Position numbers and translations under genes: made by a program. A stretch of 64,000 nt of DNA from Octopus bimaculoides (Eukaryota). The notes beneath the pieces were generated by a model. That model made no database searches and was not told where the DNA came from. It saw only the letters and a list, made by a program, of their open reading frames with translations. The stretch lies in the NCBI RefSeq assembly GCF_001194135.2, contig NC_068988.1, forward strand, positions 40,973,241-41,037,240, given 5' to 3'. Below are positions 25,542 to 40,792 of this stretch, piece after piece (the stretch's first letter is position 1; the number at the start of each line of letters is the position of its first letter).

Positions 25542-28500
25542 NNNNNNNNNNNNNNNNNNNNNNNNNNNNNNNNNNNNNNNNNNNNNNNNNNNNNNNNNNN
25601 NNNNNNNNNNNNNNNNNNNNNNNNNNNNNNNNNNNNNNNNNNNNNNNNNNNNNNNNNNNNNNNNNNNNNNNNNNNNNNNNNNNNNNNNNNNNNNNNNNNN
25701 NNNNNNNNNNNNNNNNNNNNNNNNNNNNNNNNNNNNNNNNNNNNNNNNNNNNNNNNNNNNNNNNNNNNNNNNNNNNNNNNNNNNNNNNNNNNNNNNNNNN
25801 NNNNNNNNNNNNNNNNNNNNNNNNNNNNNNNNNNNNNNNNNNNNNNNNNNNNNNNNNNNTATATATATACCAGTTTATTTATGTACCAATTTATGGATGA
25901 CGTATCATAACATAAATGCTTCGATTAGAGCCGAATTTGTGGATGTTGGTCTAAGCATTAACGAAATGCCCAGATGTCTTCTGGAAATGCCTGCAAGCAT
26001 GAAGGAGCACCCTTTGGAAAGATTAAGTAAATTGTGTTGAAGTGATTGCGTTATTTTTGTCTGGTATTTATTTTATCGATATCACCTGGGGGGAAAGGTA
26101 AAATCGCCTGCGATTTTAAACGCACCAGTTTGTAACTGAATTTCACAATGCATTTTGTCCGACGCACCAACGTTCCTGCTGTTCATCCGTTGACACATAC
26201 ACATTCATACACACACCAAATATACACGCATGCATACATACTTACATAAATACGTACACACATATGTATGTGTGTATGTATATATATATATATATATATA
26301 AACATATCTACTTGTGTATATGTATATATAAATACACAAATACATACATATGGGTATAAATATTTGTATATATATATTTGTATGTGTGTGAATAAACACA
26401 CCCATACACACATCTACATGGACATCGTTTCCAATTACATAATATATTAATCTTTATTTTATTTTCTGTTTCTTTTTGTTGTTTTTTTTTATATCTTATC
26501 TGACTTGATATAAGTAATATATAAAAATACTGGGACCAGTAAATTAAATAATAAATCAACTGTTGATTGTGCAAAAGAGTTGAAATACTACTGAATTATT
26601 GTCAAATTGATGTTCTAGCGGTTCTATACCACCCAACGAATGACAGATATATATCGTAAAAATAATATAAATAAATATATATATAAATCTCAAAGAAACA
26701 GTCCTTGATTTTTTTTCCTTTTGTTGACTTTTTATTTAACAAGATCGCTAAAGCGTCTTACAAGTGGCCTTCTAGAATTTTTATAATCATTTATGTTGAG
26801 AGTTCAAATAATGTCGAGATCTACTTCTATTCCATCTTCCATGAGTCAGTAATGTAGCGTCTCAGCCAAATTCTATTCGAATGATCCTCATCTCAAAGTG
26901 GTAGCTTTGTGTCGATGTTTAAAGGTCGATAATGAAAGTAATAGCCAATGTTCTGCGATCGATAATTTAAAGTACCAACGAATTTGACTAAATATATTAA
27001 CATTCTTCCTCTAGGATCGTTCTGCTTGTGTTAAAAAAAATTATTGGTAAGATTTATGTGGCGAGTACAGAGGAATAAAGTATTTTTCTTTCTATGTGAG
27101 AAGCTGTCACTTAAAGTGAGATAATCTACTTCAAAGTGAGCGAATACTACTTCAAACAAAAGTTAGCGATTTCAAAGGTAAGCGCATTTCACTTTCGCAA
27201 AACTTAAACCAACGATTTATTAAAAACGTCATTTTTCAAAAAGTTTTTTTTTTTATCTTCAAAAATGTTATACGTGTATGGAATTTGATCATTCTTGTGT
27301 TTATATGGTTGATTATTTGTATTTTCTATGATACTTTTTAAAATTTAATAGGAATACACACAAATTTCATATTGTTATTCTTTTGGAGAATATGTATATC
27401 TTCTCTTGGTATTGTTCAGAGTAAAGTAACCGAGCTTCTGAAATAGCGTCCAGTGTTACACAATTTGGCAAGTTTTGTTTTAAAAGTCAAAACGAAAACC
27501 CCACTTTTTCAGTCACAGGAAGCCAGGCTTCATAATTTTTTTATAAGAACGGAATGTTAACGCATAGGGTGATACCTTCTTGATTAATTATAGGCCAGGT
27601 CAACTCCCGTTGTAGACATTAAAAATGATATCACGTTGTTTTGATGGAATGTTTTCAGTTAAATAGCTCTTTTGTGCTAATCTCTTTTTAAAATCGTTAT
27701 CCTTACTCTGAAGTGGCAAATTCTAATTTTGAAGTAATGTGTCCTTACTTCTGTTGTCACATGCAAATTTTGTGCATAGCATAGCATAGCATGCGTGTGA
27801 GACAATCATCGAAATGGATATTAGGAAACAAGGGATACACATGAGGTCCAAGAAGCTAAGTTTGAGAAGGTGGGTCTTGACACTACGAGCTACCGCTCGC
27901 CGTGATCTGAAAAGTAGCGGAACACTGTGTTACTGCCTCCCCACTACATCATGAAATTTCATGACTGGTGTAAATGTACTGCAATGCAGGAGTAGATATA
28001 AATTAAGTCCAGGATTATCTGAATTTTGAACCCAGTTTTAGTTTCATTCCTCCACTGGAGTACTTTCAGTGCACTTCTGTTGCTGATGTTGATAAGGATG
28101 GTGAAAATCATCTCATTATCTTGTATTTGAGTCGACTTCATTTCACGGCGAGATAAATTTTACACTCATAACAATTCATGTAACAACCACCAAGTTTGCA
28201 GTCATAATGATACATGTAACAACCAACAAGGAGACAAAACATTCCCTCAGAAGGACTTGCTAAAAATCACAATATTACATATATCTAAATATCAATTTCT
28301 CAATAATTCCCGGCTAGATAATAAAATACTTTCCTATTAAGCAATAACAGTATGTTAATGGTAATTATGAATGACTTATATGAAATGTTGAAACATAAAA
28401 ATTAGTGTATTTGTAAATAAATATGAAATAAGAATTCATAGGGATTCCTAATTTCGAAGTTCTCCAGAGAGCTTTTTACTACTTTAATTTTTCAACCTGA

Positions 28501-28585
28501 CAATTATTCATCCTCATCTATGTATTCTATCAAATCTAGCGTCATTTACAACAACCATTTCTAACTTTTTCTCAAGAATAATATC

Positions 28586-28796
28586 CTTCGTATTATAAGC
28601 ACAAGGACTGAAGCTTTAGGGGAAGAGCTGGACGATTTTGTAGACCCCAGTGCTCAACTGGTTTTTATTTTATGGGACCCAAAAGGACGGAAGGCGAAGT
28701 CTACCTCAATGAAATTGGAATTCAGAACGTAAACAACCAGAAGAAATACCACTATGCATTTTGTGCGGCCTGATAATGATTCTGCCAGCTCACCAC
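28586..28796 (-). mobile_element. Diverged tRNA-derived SINE (family A)
   Basis: tataagcacaaggactgaa...cccagtgctcaactgg...ttctgccagctcacca is colinear with the 19929-20146 copy. Confidence 0.75.
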
Positions 28797-29949
28797 TTTT
28801 TTCTCAAATACGTCTTCTAATTTCGTTTTTTTTTTTCAAACTGTACCTAAGGTTTGTTTTGCTTAGCACCAGATCAACACCAGATTAAGTAAACCTATGC
28901 TCTAAGATTATATTTTTCGATATGTCCTTCCTTTGTTCGTATGTTGATAGAAACTAATATTTAATGTTATTTATGAAGTTATAAAAGATAACAAAGGTGC
29001 AGGCATGACTGTGCAGTTTATTATTTAATTCTGCATATGCAGTTATTTCAAAGAACAAGATGAAGATATGACTATGCACATAAGTAAACTTAACTTCACT
29101 ATTCGAACACGTTGACTCGAGGTCGATCCCATCATACTTAATCTTTACCAAGAGTCTTCAGCTGTAGCCTCTGATTGACCAATAATTTATTAGTAAAATT
29201 CGGTAGACGGAAACTATGAGGAAATTTGCGGTGTGATAAATGTTTTCATCGATGTATATCGGTGAAAGATCAAAACAAAAGCGAGAAAACAGATAAGCTG
29301 GTACTTTCAAAGGAAAGTGTCTTGAGATATCTGTTTCACTCGAGTAATGTAGCCACTCCATTAAAATCATCGTAAATGCAGTGAACCAGTGATTGGCTTG
29401 TCACAAACCAGTTACGGATGACGTTTCTTTTTCTGTAACGTGATATAAAAGAAATAGAAATAAGCCAACAATAGAACTTCCTTTCAAATAATCTGTGTGT
29501 GTGAGCTTGACTACATTGATTATTGCCTCATCCGAAACCTCGTACAACAGACGAGTGATTCTTCCACGGTATTTTAGAGGTAATTATTGGAATCAACGAG
29601 ACACCCATTATGTGGTTGCATGACGAAAGATAACGGTCAAATCTCCTTCAAATTACAAGCAATTGTCTTAAAAGGGACATAATTTAAAATGTAGAATTAA
29701 ATATACTGTTTAAAAAACAAAATTGGAATGGTAACGACAAGAACACTTTCTGACATACCATAATGAATCTTCTGAATCAGGACTGACCTGGTCCTAAGCG
29801 ACAGCGATCGGTTTTAAATTTAGGAATTTTGTGAGGATTAAATACCAATGAACTTCGAACAAACTGGTAATATTTAAAGAACTCAGTGTAAATATAATAT
29901 AGTTACATATTTGATTTTTGTTTCTCACAAGGAAGAAAGATCTTTGTAT

Positions 29950-32450
29950 TCGACCATTGTAGTCCATTGGAGAGTGATGAAATAAACGTGACTTATGTCC
30001 AGCATGAATATCTGTAAACTGAAATCTGCAGAAAGTGCGTTCGTATGAAGGGTGGTCCTAAGGATCGGTCTTCTGGCGAAGAATAAACAGTTAGGGCGTA
30101 GCTTTCGTAAACAGGAGAAACAGACGAGGTCATTGGTATCAGTAATGGCAGTACACAAGTAGCTTTTTCAAAAGAGTTAAGACTGTTTATCACAGTAATC
30201 TTATATGCGAAGATAGGAGACCGTAGAGCAGGAATAGTAGTGTGTTTCTGTGTGAACCATTGCCAGATAGACTGTTGGCTTTCTGTTTTGAAGTGATCTA
30301 GGATGTTTCTTTGTGTAGTAAGCGCACTGTTCATGATGTAAGAACATATTTCATTGATGGTTTCACTTTAGACGCGTTTATCATCAACAATTCATGATTG
30401 TGAAATATGTTTTGGTTTTGAAGAGAATGTATAGTATCTGAGATACAACTTTAGCGATGTTATGACTGTATGCTCGCCTGGAAAGGTAACCAGAGATTGC
30501 CAGGCTACCCATTTGTAACGATTCCGAAGATTTTACTTGCTCGTTGACCAAGATAAGATTAGGTACGTTAGCTGTCTTCTTGATACGCACAAGGAGTGTG
30601 ACTGCTGTTGAAAGAAACTATATTCTCATTACACTACTGGAGGATATTTTCAAGAGCTATATTCGTTGAATTGGTTTGTTGTGTTTAGGTTGCATGAGGA
30701 TGGCATATATGTGTGAAAGGTTAGGAAAATTTGAATAGTGATTAGAGTTAATCTATCTCTAATATGTAAGAGCGAAGGGCATATGGGAAACAACCAAAAT
30801 GCTATGGTTGACAGTGTGTGAATCAGAACGTCTCATCAGCGCATACGTCAATAGTGAAGCCTGATATGAAGCCTCCAGTTTAAGCAATAATAATGGATGA
30901 ACCATAGACGGACAATTTAACTAGGAGATTCCTATGCGAAATTCTTTTCACAGCGTCACCAACACATTGCTCAAAACTCTTAAGAGAATGGGAACAACAT
31001 TGAGTGACATATAAAAGCAGGTGACCGATAGATTTGGCTCTATGCAAGTCGTTAGGAAGGCCAAAGAAAGTACTTGTTAACCATTGCTTCCTTCATATTT
31101 GGAATTTTGAAAGTTGGAGTTAAGACAAAACTGGTTGACTTTAATGAGGCCGGTAAACAATGTCGCTTGTAACCAAAGATTCAGAAATATTGAAAAGTCT
31201 GGAGAGAGCAAAGACCAACTCTGAGGTATGCCGTTTAAGAGTGCTGTAACGGTGCAAGGGATATTGACATAATCAGCTGACTTATTGGTCTTATATGTGT
31301 ACACGTTAGTGAGAATTTTAGAGAAAAGAGGAAAATGTTTGGAAAGATTTTGTTGAGAGGGCGTACCGTGGACTTCAATGAAAGTGGACGCGAAAGATTT
31401 TCTACAGGATCACTATTTACGGCGACAGTTTATTTGAAGATAAACAGAATGAAACAATGAGCAAAGTGGGTTGAGGCATTATTGACAAGAAACCAAAAGA
31501 ACCAATAGAGCCTAGGAGGTGGGATACATTTCTGCTAGTGCACGCCAATACTTCTGAAGCTACGTACATGAAGGTAGAGTAGAGACCCCGCATGAGTAGA
31601 TTGTACTACTCCTAAACACTAAAGGGCAAGCTTTGGTATTAAACCAGCCACCGTATTGGACCGACACTTCCAAACGGAACAGTAAGGATTTACCGGATGG
31701 CTCCCAGTAAATAGCAACATTTGCTTTCTGAATGAAAGTCGCGTTGCAGTTGTGGGATTTGCTTATGAATAAAGTGCAAGAAGATTTCGATTAATTGCTT
31801 AGCTGTCTTTGATGGTGATGGACGAAGTACATTTTCTGACGTATAGTGTAAAACTGATAGCATTCCAACCAGCTGACTTGAAGCTCAATAAGGTTCATTT
31901 GACAGCATAAGTATTTCTAGCAGAAAGCCTTATTTATTTAGCGGACAGATAATCTAAAGTTCATTGTCGCTGATAGATAGGTAAAGGGCTAGAAACGAGG
32001 AAGATCGTAGGTCTTCGGACAATCTAAGTGTCAGAACAGTCGATGATAATTGTTATCGGACAAAGAGTGTAGCTTCTCTTCTAGCAGTATCGGTGCATAG
32101 GGATGAGTACAAAAGCCAAGTGGAGCTTTGAATATTGAAGAAAATGATTTCAGAGGACACCATGATATACAATTCCTCTTTGCAGAAGGAAAAGTGGCTG
32201 AACAGTTTCGCGTCGTTTCTCGCCGTCAAAAATGTCAACAAAATTTTTGTGATACAAACGAAGATAAAAGACAGCAGCTGGTCTAGCGATAGGTGTACTT
32301 CTGCTTTGTTCGATGGTGTTTGGCAGCGAGAAACCTTAGTGTAAGGGTTATCTCGCCCAAATGGTATTCAACAGGTACGTGTTTTAATTCTTGTGTGCAC
32401 TCCAATCAACTTTTCCCTTCTTTCACTACGCACGTGAATCTAGATAAACT
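29950..32450 (-). mobile_element. Heavily decayed non-LTR retrotransposon (LINE) ORF2: RT, possibly followed by RNase H
   Basis: Minus-strand remnants NLSRPLSLKSTV (~31390, cf. NYRPISL) and NGIPQSWSLLSPDF (~31200, cf. GVPQGSVLSP). Weak RNase H-like remnants FQAS (~30480) and NSAL (~30325). Many stops and frameshifts. Confidence 0.55.
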
Positions 32451-32514
32451 ACTTATACCTCAGTTGCTTATAAATATATATATATATTCCACAATGCTAT
32501 AGAAAGTATCAATC

Positions 32515-32870
32515 TTGACACAAACAATCTATGGGAAGATTTCAAAACAAAAATATTTCAGGCTGCAAGTTCGTCAGTGGGATTTAAATCGCGTAGGTCC
32601 CGTGACTGGTTCTCAGATAAATCAGCAGAAATTTATGATCTATTTTTAGAAAAACAAAACTTAGGCAATACACGTCTTTCTCAGCCCTTGAACCTCAACT
32701 CAAACGAAGCTTACAGGAAACTGAACGGGTAAGTGCAGACTGCTCTAAGAAAAAATAAACAGAAATGGTGGAATGATAGGGCAAAAGAGGCACAAGAAGC
32801 AGCTGATACAAATAACGCCATGGGTCTCTATTCTTATGTCAAGGTAGTATATGGCCCAAATTCTTCTTCA
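32515..32870 (+). mobile_element. RTE-clade LINE fragment (region between endonuclease and RT)
   Basis: LWEDFKTKIFQAASSSVGFKSRRSRDWFSDKSAEI...VQTALRKNKQKWWNDRAKEAQEAADTNNAMGLYSYVKVVYGP is characteristic of RTE/BovB-like ORFs. Confidence 0.78.
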
Positions 32871-32955
<85 letters not shown>

Positions 32956-32968
32956 CACACACACACAA

Positions 32969-33090
<122 letters not shown>

Positions 33091-33483
33091 ATACATATAT
33101 CATATAACTAATAAATATATCAACCGTATAAGGTACATGATGTACACACAAATACTAATTGAATATTGAAATTAAAGTAGCAACCCAGTTCAACTCAAAA
33201 AGCAACTTTCAATCAATAATTTACATCATGAATTTTAGAAATTCCTATGACACTCACTCACATACACTCTCACATTCACACACACACATACATATCAATA
33301 CCTACCTAGACAGACAGACAAGCAGACAAACAGATACATTTCTTTTATTAGCCACACAGGGCTCAACAAAGATGGGACAAATACAATGTAGAGCTTTTCT
33401 TTTTGGGAGGGGGAAGGGAAAAAGGGAAGTAAGGGGGTGTCGATCAAAAGGGATCGAGAAAAAAATAACGATCAATAGGGATC

Positions 33484-33542
<59 letters not shown>

Positions 33543-33758
33543 TAGATAGATAGATAGGTTCGAGGAGACAGCAGGCAACAAAATTGTACACTGCTTTCCT
33601 AGAGAGTCGGAAAAATATCATGAGCTTATGTCAAAATATGTCGATGTAACTTTTTCTCTCTTTTGTTATTAAGAGAATATAAGCGATGTTGACAGCCGAT
33701 AACAGCCCTCGTAGGTAGACACTTTGCTGACAGTAACGTGGAGATTATGAAAGTTACA

Positions 33759-33831
<73 letters not shown>

Positions 33832-34293
33832 GTCTGTCTGTCTATATATANNNNNNNNNNNNNNNNNNNNNNNNNNNNNNNNNNNNNNNNNNNNNNNNNN
33901 NNNNNNNNNNNNNNNNNNNNNNNNNNNNNNNNNNNNNNNNNNNNNNNNNNNNNNNNNNNNNNNNNNNNNNNNNNNNNNNNNNNNNNNNNNNNNNNNNNNN
34001 NNNNNNNNNNNNNNNNNNNNNNNNNNNNNNNNNNNNNNNNNNNNNNNNNNNNNNNNNNNNNNNNNNNNNNNNNNNNNNNNNNNNNNNNNNNNNNNNNNNN
34101 NNNNNNNNNNNNNNNNNNNNNNNNNNNNNNNNNNNNNNNNNNNNNNNNNNNNNNNNNNNNNNNNNNNNNNNNNNNNNNNNNNNNNNNNNNNNNNNNNNNN
34201 NNNNNNNNNNNNNNNNNNNNNNNNNNNNNNNNNNNNNNNNNNNNNNNNNNNNNNNNNNNNNNNNNNNNNNNNNNNNNNNNNNNNNNNNNNNNN

Positions 34294-34354
<61 letters not shown>

Positions 34355-35745
34355 GTAAAATTTCTTTGTGTATTGTATAGGCAGTAGTTTGAAATGCTCA
34401 CATAAAAGCCGGAGATTCAACATATAAAAAAATGTTAAAGAGAATTCAAATAGTTTCGACAATTTATATAAACATATATTCAGCCATGTATCAATGTATA
34501 TCAGTTTTTAAATATACAAATATATCAATCATTAAAATATTAAAACATTAAAACCCTATGAATACATAAATATATAAAAATTTAATGTACATATATGAAT
34601 AGACGAATGGGATTAAGTTATAAAAGTGTAGATGTATAAAAGTATAGATGTATAAAGATATAAACAGAGACATTTAGAATTACAATCATGTTAAAAGGCG
34701 TTGTAGAATGGCGTTGTAAAAATTGTTTAAGAATAAATATGCCCTTACGAAAAGGTGAATAAAATAAAGTCTTACGAAAAGAGGGAATAAAGAAAAATCG
34801 TAGCGTCGAGATTAGATTTTTCAAAAGACATATCTAAATAACCAAAGAAAATAAGTAATCCTGTTTAGATAAACTATTGGTGATAGTACTCTTACGGCCG
34901 TTTCAGGGGCACAGTAATCCATAGATTTTAAGGCTATTTTCACTATANNNNNNNNNNNNNNNNNNNNNNNNNNNNNNNNNNNNNNNNNNNNNNNNNNNNN
35001 NNNNNNNNNNNNNNNNNNNNNNNNNNNNNNNNNNNNNNNNNNNNNNNNNNNNNNNNNNNNNNNNNNNNNNNNNNNNNNNNNNNNNNNNNNNNNNNNNNNN
35101 NNNNNNNNNNNNNNNNNNNNNNNNNNNNNNNNNNNNNNNNNNNNNNNNNNNNNNNNNNNNNNNNNNNNNNNNNNNNNNNNNNNNNNNNNNNNNNNNNNNN
35201 NNNNNNNNNNNNNNNNNNNNNNNNNNNNNNNNNNNNNNNNNNNNNNNNNNNNNNNNNNNNNNNNNNNNNNNNNNNNNNNNNNNNNNNNNNNNNNNNNNNN
35301 NNNNNNNNNNNNNNNNNNNNNNNNNNNNNNNNNNNNNNNNNNNNNNNNNNNNNNNNNNNNNNNNNNNNNNNNNNNNNNNNNNNNNNNNNNNNNNNNNNNN
35401 NNNNNNNNNNNNNNNNNNNNNNNNNNNNNNNNNNNNNNNNNNNNNNNNNNNNNNNNNNNNNNNNNNNNNNNNNNNNNNNNNNNNNNNNNNNNNNNNNNNN
35501 NNNNNNNNNNNNNNNNNNNNNNNNNNNNNNNNNNNNNNNNNNNNNNNNNNNNNNNNNNNNNNNNNNNNNNNNNNNNNNNNNNNNNNNNNNNNNNNNNNNN
35601 NNNNNNNNNNNNNNNNNNNNNNNNNNNNNNNNNNNNNNNNNNNNNNNNNNNNNNNNNNNNNNNNNNNNNNNNNNNNNNNNNNNNNNNNNNNNNNNNNNNN
35701 NNNNNNNNNNNNNNNNNNNNNNNNNNNNNNNNNNNNNNNNNNNNN

Positions 35746-35827
<82 letters not shown>

Positions 35828-36679
35828 CGAAAGAAAGAAAGAAAGAGAGAGAGAAAGAAATAAAGAGAGAGAGATGCAGCCATAAGTACAGATACAAAAA
35901 TATACATATATTGACATACGCAACAGCGCAACATACGGTTTTTCCTTCGCTTCTTAATCCTGCAAGCTTTGTTTTATCATCAGCCAATGTATATTTATGT
36001 ATGTTCACTACGTGATAAAATATATACGCCTTTTTTTTAAATATTGGAAATAACAAAAAGTTTGTCCCAGATTCCGGATATTGCGGTCATGTTTGGTGAA
36101 TACAGAGGGCACTTCGTTAAACGAAGAAATAACAAAATATCATAGACAATGCAAAGAAACAATATTTGATTGTTCAACGAGCTCCTGTATTGTTCTTCAA
36201 GTTTGAAGGTGAGAGAAATCGGAGACTTGAGATTATTTTCAATAAATGTTAGGATAGGTTTGAGGGGTTGCTCGCTTTAAAATGTGATGTTACAGTTGAA
36301 ACAAGTTTCAGGTTCCCGATACGTGGCCGTATGATTCCAATGGCAAGTGTCAGCATGTTTCTTTATGCTGTTTCAACTCCCTTTATGATGCTGATGCCAA
36401 GAAAGGTTTAAATATCACAAAATTTTATCAAATGTTTTTATGAATTTATGGACATGTGCTTAATTATAAAATAATCCGTGGGCCTATCCTTTCATCTTTC
36501 GGATATTGCATAGTGACGAGTACATTATGCAGTGTGGTGACTCTTCATTTTCGTAACGATGATGTCATTTGAGAGAGTTGCCTGTTATTTCTTGCAGGTT
36601 GAGCGACCACACAGAGACTCTCTTATTGATTCATGCTGACATATTACTTATCTTGACATATTACTTCCTAGGTTAAGTA

Positions 36680-36848
36680 GGCAGAATGGTTAGTACGATA
36701 AACAAAGTGATACTTAGCAATATTTCGTCCATCCTCTAAGTTCAAATACCGCCGTGGTCGACTTCGCCTTTCATTCTTTCGAAATCGATGTAATTGACAA
36801 GATTCGCTCTCTTCTAAAAATTTCAGGCCTTGTCTTTATAGTAGAAAG
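36680..36848 (+). mobile_element. Internally deleted tRNA-derived SINE (family A)
   Basis: ggcagaatggttag...aagttcaaataccgccgtggtcgacttcgcctttcatt...aaaatttcaggccttgt...tagtagaaag. Confidence 0.75.
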
Positions 36849-38733
36849 TACATATTACTGCCTAGGTTATATAGGTTGTTAACTTCAAATCAGTTCTGAT
36901 TGTGCACAGTGTTGAGTAGATGGATGCAAAAAAGAAGATTCTTTTCTAACATTTCTAATTTGTTCTTGATGAATTTATTTCCAGATCAGACCTAACTGAG
37001 CAGGCATATGGCTCTAGGTGTTGCACAATGACCAGCTCCACTTCACTTTACTTGCAAGATCATGCCAAAGAAGTGTGAGAGTAAGCAGTGAATGATCCAA
37101 CATTGTAATGAAAGCATCTCCATATAGTCTGGTCGGTCATAGGAAATTAATTATTCCCATTGAACTTTGCAAACATCAGTAATGGTATCTGGTAGATGTT
37201 GTACATATTTTGATAAATCTGAGAAGACAATAGTTTTGAAAGGATTGACGTTTTTGCTTGGTTGAAGAAATTACCTACGCTCATTTTTTTCCCTTTCTTT
37301 TGATTTTTACATGACGGAGGGAGACTCTTGTGAAAGCCGCACAAGAAAATTTAGATTCTTTGTTGGATTTTTGGGGGATGACTGCCGGTTGTGCATCTAT
37401 ATTCATTCCTTACACTATTCTCTTAGTAAGCTTCGTCAATAGTATTATTTTTGAAGCTAACTACAATCCTTATTTTGGCTGAAAATTATAAATATGATAT
37501 TGAAGGTAATTCCTAATTACAGAGGGTAGTAGATGCCGAAGGAAATAGTAGAGAATTTTTAAAAACCGATATGCAATCTAAAGAAAATAATGGATAAAAA
37601 ACACACCAAGGGATACCAGGGCAAATGTGGTTCGGGAAGGAAAGAGGATCAAATTTTAAACAGCAGCATCTTTTAGCCAGCCTGTATTGGAAAACGGAGT
37701 GGTAGTGTTGTACCAGGTAGCTCTAGATTTCGAGGTAAGTACGAATTTCCTGGATCCAAGTAATGAACCAGGACCACCAGCTTACCGCTCAGGTTGTGAG
37801 TGACAGTGAAGACTTCACTTTAAGAAAAAAGAAAGACCATTTTCGGCAAGGGCAGAAATAGGGTCTGGATAGTGTATTTATTAGGTAAGTGGTCAAGGAT
37901 AAGTACAGAATATCAAAGTTTTTAGTTAGTTGGATAGGTAGATCACAAATTTGTGATCTGTATTGTCGACCAAGGTACAACGCATATAGAAGCGGCTAGA
38001 AATATATGGTCTGTGTAGCCAACCACACTACAGTATGTATGTACGCTAACCTCATGAACTCTACGTAGCTAGAGAGATCTGTAAATAAAAAAAATAGGGA
38101 GTATATATTTTCTTTTCTCCCTGTGACCTGTCCGTCTACCCCTCCCTTTCTGTCTCTCCTTTGGTAATATTCACGCACACATATACACACACACATGTAT
38201 GTATGTATGTATGTATGTATACAAAACTGTATGTATGTATATATATATATAAGCAAGCTTTCTGTATGTTCTTTTCTCAAGCATTATTTGTATGTTTCTT
38301 TTTTTATTCGCACCCCATCACGCGTAGGTCACCAGTTTCTTGTATGATCTCATTATTAGCTCTTTGCCTTTTATATTGTCGTTACGTCATCATACTTTAC
38401 AACTGAAGGCTAATGATTGATTACAATGTCAAGCTGTTTCACTTAGTGACCTACTAGACCAAACCAGAACCAGATCTCACACTGATCTCCCTCTCAAAGA
38501 CTATAGAGATCTAATCCAAACAAATCCTTACAGGCTGCTTATATTGTTGTAGTCACAGTTCTTTCATTTGACTTTTGTCAAATTATGTCCTATACCGTCC
38601 GCACACATGTTCACATTTGCATACATATATATATATATATATNNNNNNNNNNNNNNNNNNNNNNNNNNNNNNNNNNNNNNNNNNNNNNNNNNNNNNNNNN
38701 NNNNNNNNNNNNNNNNNNNNNNNNNNNNGTGTG

Positions 38734-38766
<33 letters not shown>

Positions 38767-38767
38767 C

Positions 38768-38798
<31 letters not shown>

Positions 38799-38800
38799 TT

Positions 38801-38857
<57 letters not shown>

Positions 38858-40344
38858 CATGCACATTCATATACACATACATAGAATACCTTTCCTACTA
38901 GCTTTTCTGCACTTATTTTATTCTGCTTTCCTTTTATATGCATACATACATACATATACATCTATATATCCATGCATGTGTATTTGTGTGTGTATGTGCG
39001 TGTGTGCGCGAGCACGTGACGCTACTGATTTTTAGAAGTATGTTGTAGGTGATCCTGATCCAGTACCTGGGTTTCAATCTCCAGTTGCCGTCATTTCGTC
39101 CTGGCTGGAGGAGTTTCTTATGAAATTAGCAAATGTTTTACTTTAAAATGTTTTATTTGTGCTGCCATTTTTCGACCTAGAAGAATTGTTAGCACACCGG
39201 ATAAAAGGGTTAACACAATTCTTCTGGCTTTACGTTTCGAATTCAAATGCTTCCGAGGTTAATTTTATTTTTCGACCTTTTCATCACTTTCATAACAAAT
39301 AGAAAAAGAACGTTGTGCATTCCGGCGATATCTCTTCGGAAAGCGTTCGACTGTCACGCGATAGTATACTTCCAACCGACCTGTCAGGGTAAACGTCTTC
39401 TTAGCTCATCTCTGACTGAGTTTGGTACCCTGCTTGTAATCTGTTCCTAGTGCTTATCCACCTGGAGCTCTGGTAAGAACCATACCCGAAACACCTCTAG
39501 TAGGCCCTCGATCTGCCGATAAAAATCGACATCGGCTGGCATTAGCTTGCCTTTCCAGGTGTCAAATTGCAAGCACATCGAAGGCATTTTCTCCCACACT
39601 CTAACGATTTTGCCAATAATTTTATGGCATAAGTATAAGCAACATATTTGCAAAGGGAGGGATGTAGAGGAATAGATTGGCCTAGTACTTGAATGATGCC
39701 TATATTACCGATGGGAGTTTGAAATCAGAACGTAAAGGAACGTCATCCATCTTCTTTAAGGTGATCAGTGCATTTAATAAAAATAATGATTTATATCACA
39801 AAGGCAGAAGGCGGCAAATTTTTTAGCATGTGATATAGGCGATTAATTCGACTCCACCACTTGACTGCTACTTAATTTATTGACCACAAAGTAGAACTCA
39901 GTGCGATTTGAACCATATAAAAATAATTAAAAGTAGTAGTAGTAGTCGTTGGTTTTTTTCTGTTGTTGTTGCTGTTGTTGTTAGGAGATGCTGGATAACC
40001 TAAATTCGTTCGTCATTTTTTTTTCTATATTTTAAGAATATTAGAATGTGGTTTTACTTATTGTGGTGTCTTTGTTGCAGATACTCAGTCTCAGCTCAAC
40101 ACAGATCAACCAGATCTATGGCATTCAATATGACTTAAACGATTAAGGTAGTTAAGTGTGGCTTGATTGAGATTTCGCACTTCTTTCTTGCAGATGAAAC
40201 GCAAGACGACGTACCGGAACAATGTTTTGATACTCACTGTCTTGTGTGCACGAGACGGTTTACTGTCAGATTGATAGATATCAGTGCGCATTAGCAACTA
40301 ATTTGTTTGCTGACTTCTATGATCAAGAGCCCCCATCCTTGTTT

Positions 40345-40505
40345 GGAAGCGCATAGATTAGTAGTTAGAGTGTTAGAGTCATGGTCGTAAGATTGTAGTT
40401 TCGATTCCCGGATTGGATGGTGTTGTGTTCTTGTGCAAAACACTTCATTTCACGTTGCTTCAGTCCACTCAGCTAGTAAAAATGAGTAATCATGCCACGG
40501 ACCGG
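40345..40505 (+). mobile_element. tRNA-derived SINE head and core (family C)
   Basis: gcgcatagattagtagttagagtg...gtttcgattccc...ttgtgttcttgtgcaaaacacttcatttcacgttgcttcagtccactcagct. Confidence 0.75.
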
Positions 40506-40753
40506 TGTCCTTGGGAGCAGTATCAGAAGGCATCAACAGGAATATAAAGGAAATTAGAATAGAATGCCCAGTTGAACTGTTACGAAAGGTTTACCTCCTT
40601 AGTACGGTCAGAATAATCGGGAAAGTATTAGACAACAGAAAAGAACGAATAGCATGGTACCGTAGGCTGCAGGTAGTAAGTCCGCTACGCATTCAAGACT
40701 CCAGGGACTCCAAAAAACCCTGTGATAAAGAGAAAAAAAATTTTTTTTAATAA

Positions 40754-40792
<39 letters not shown>

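Noticed and set aside
28701-28708. let-7 8-mer site CTACCTCA (PRDM1 is a let-7 target in vertebrates)
   Set aside because: It lies inside a mutated SINE copy about 11.7 kb past the stop codon and is likely chance.
39300-39450. LRKAFD, resembling LINE RT motif 3
   Set aside because: A single short motif without flanking RT motifs in order.
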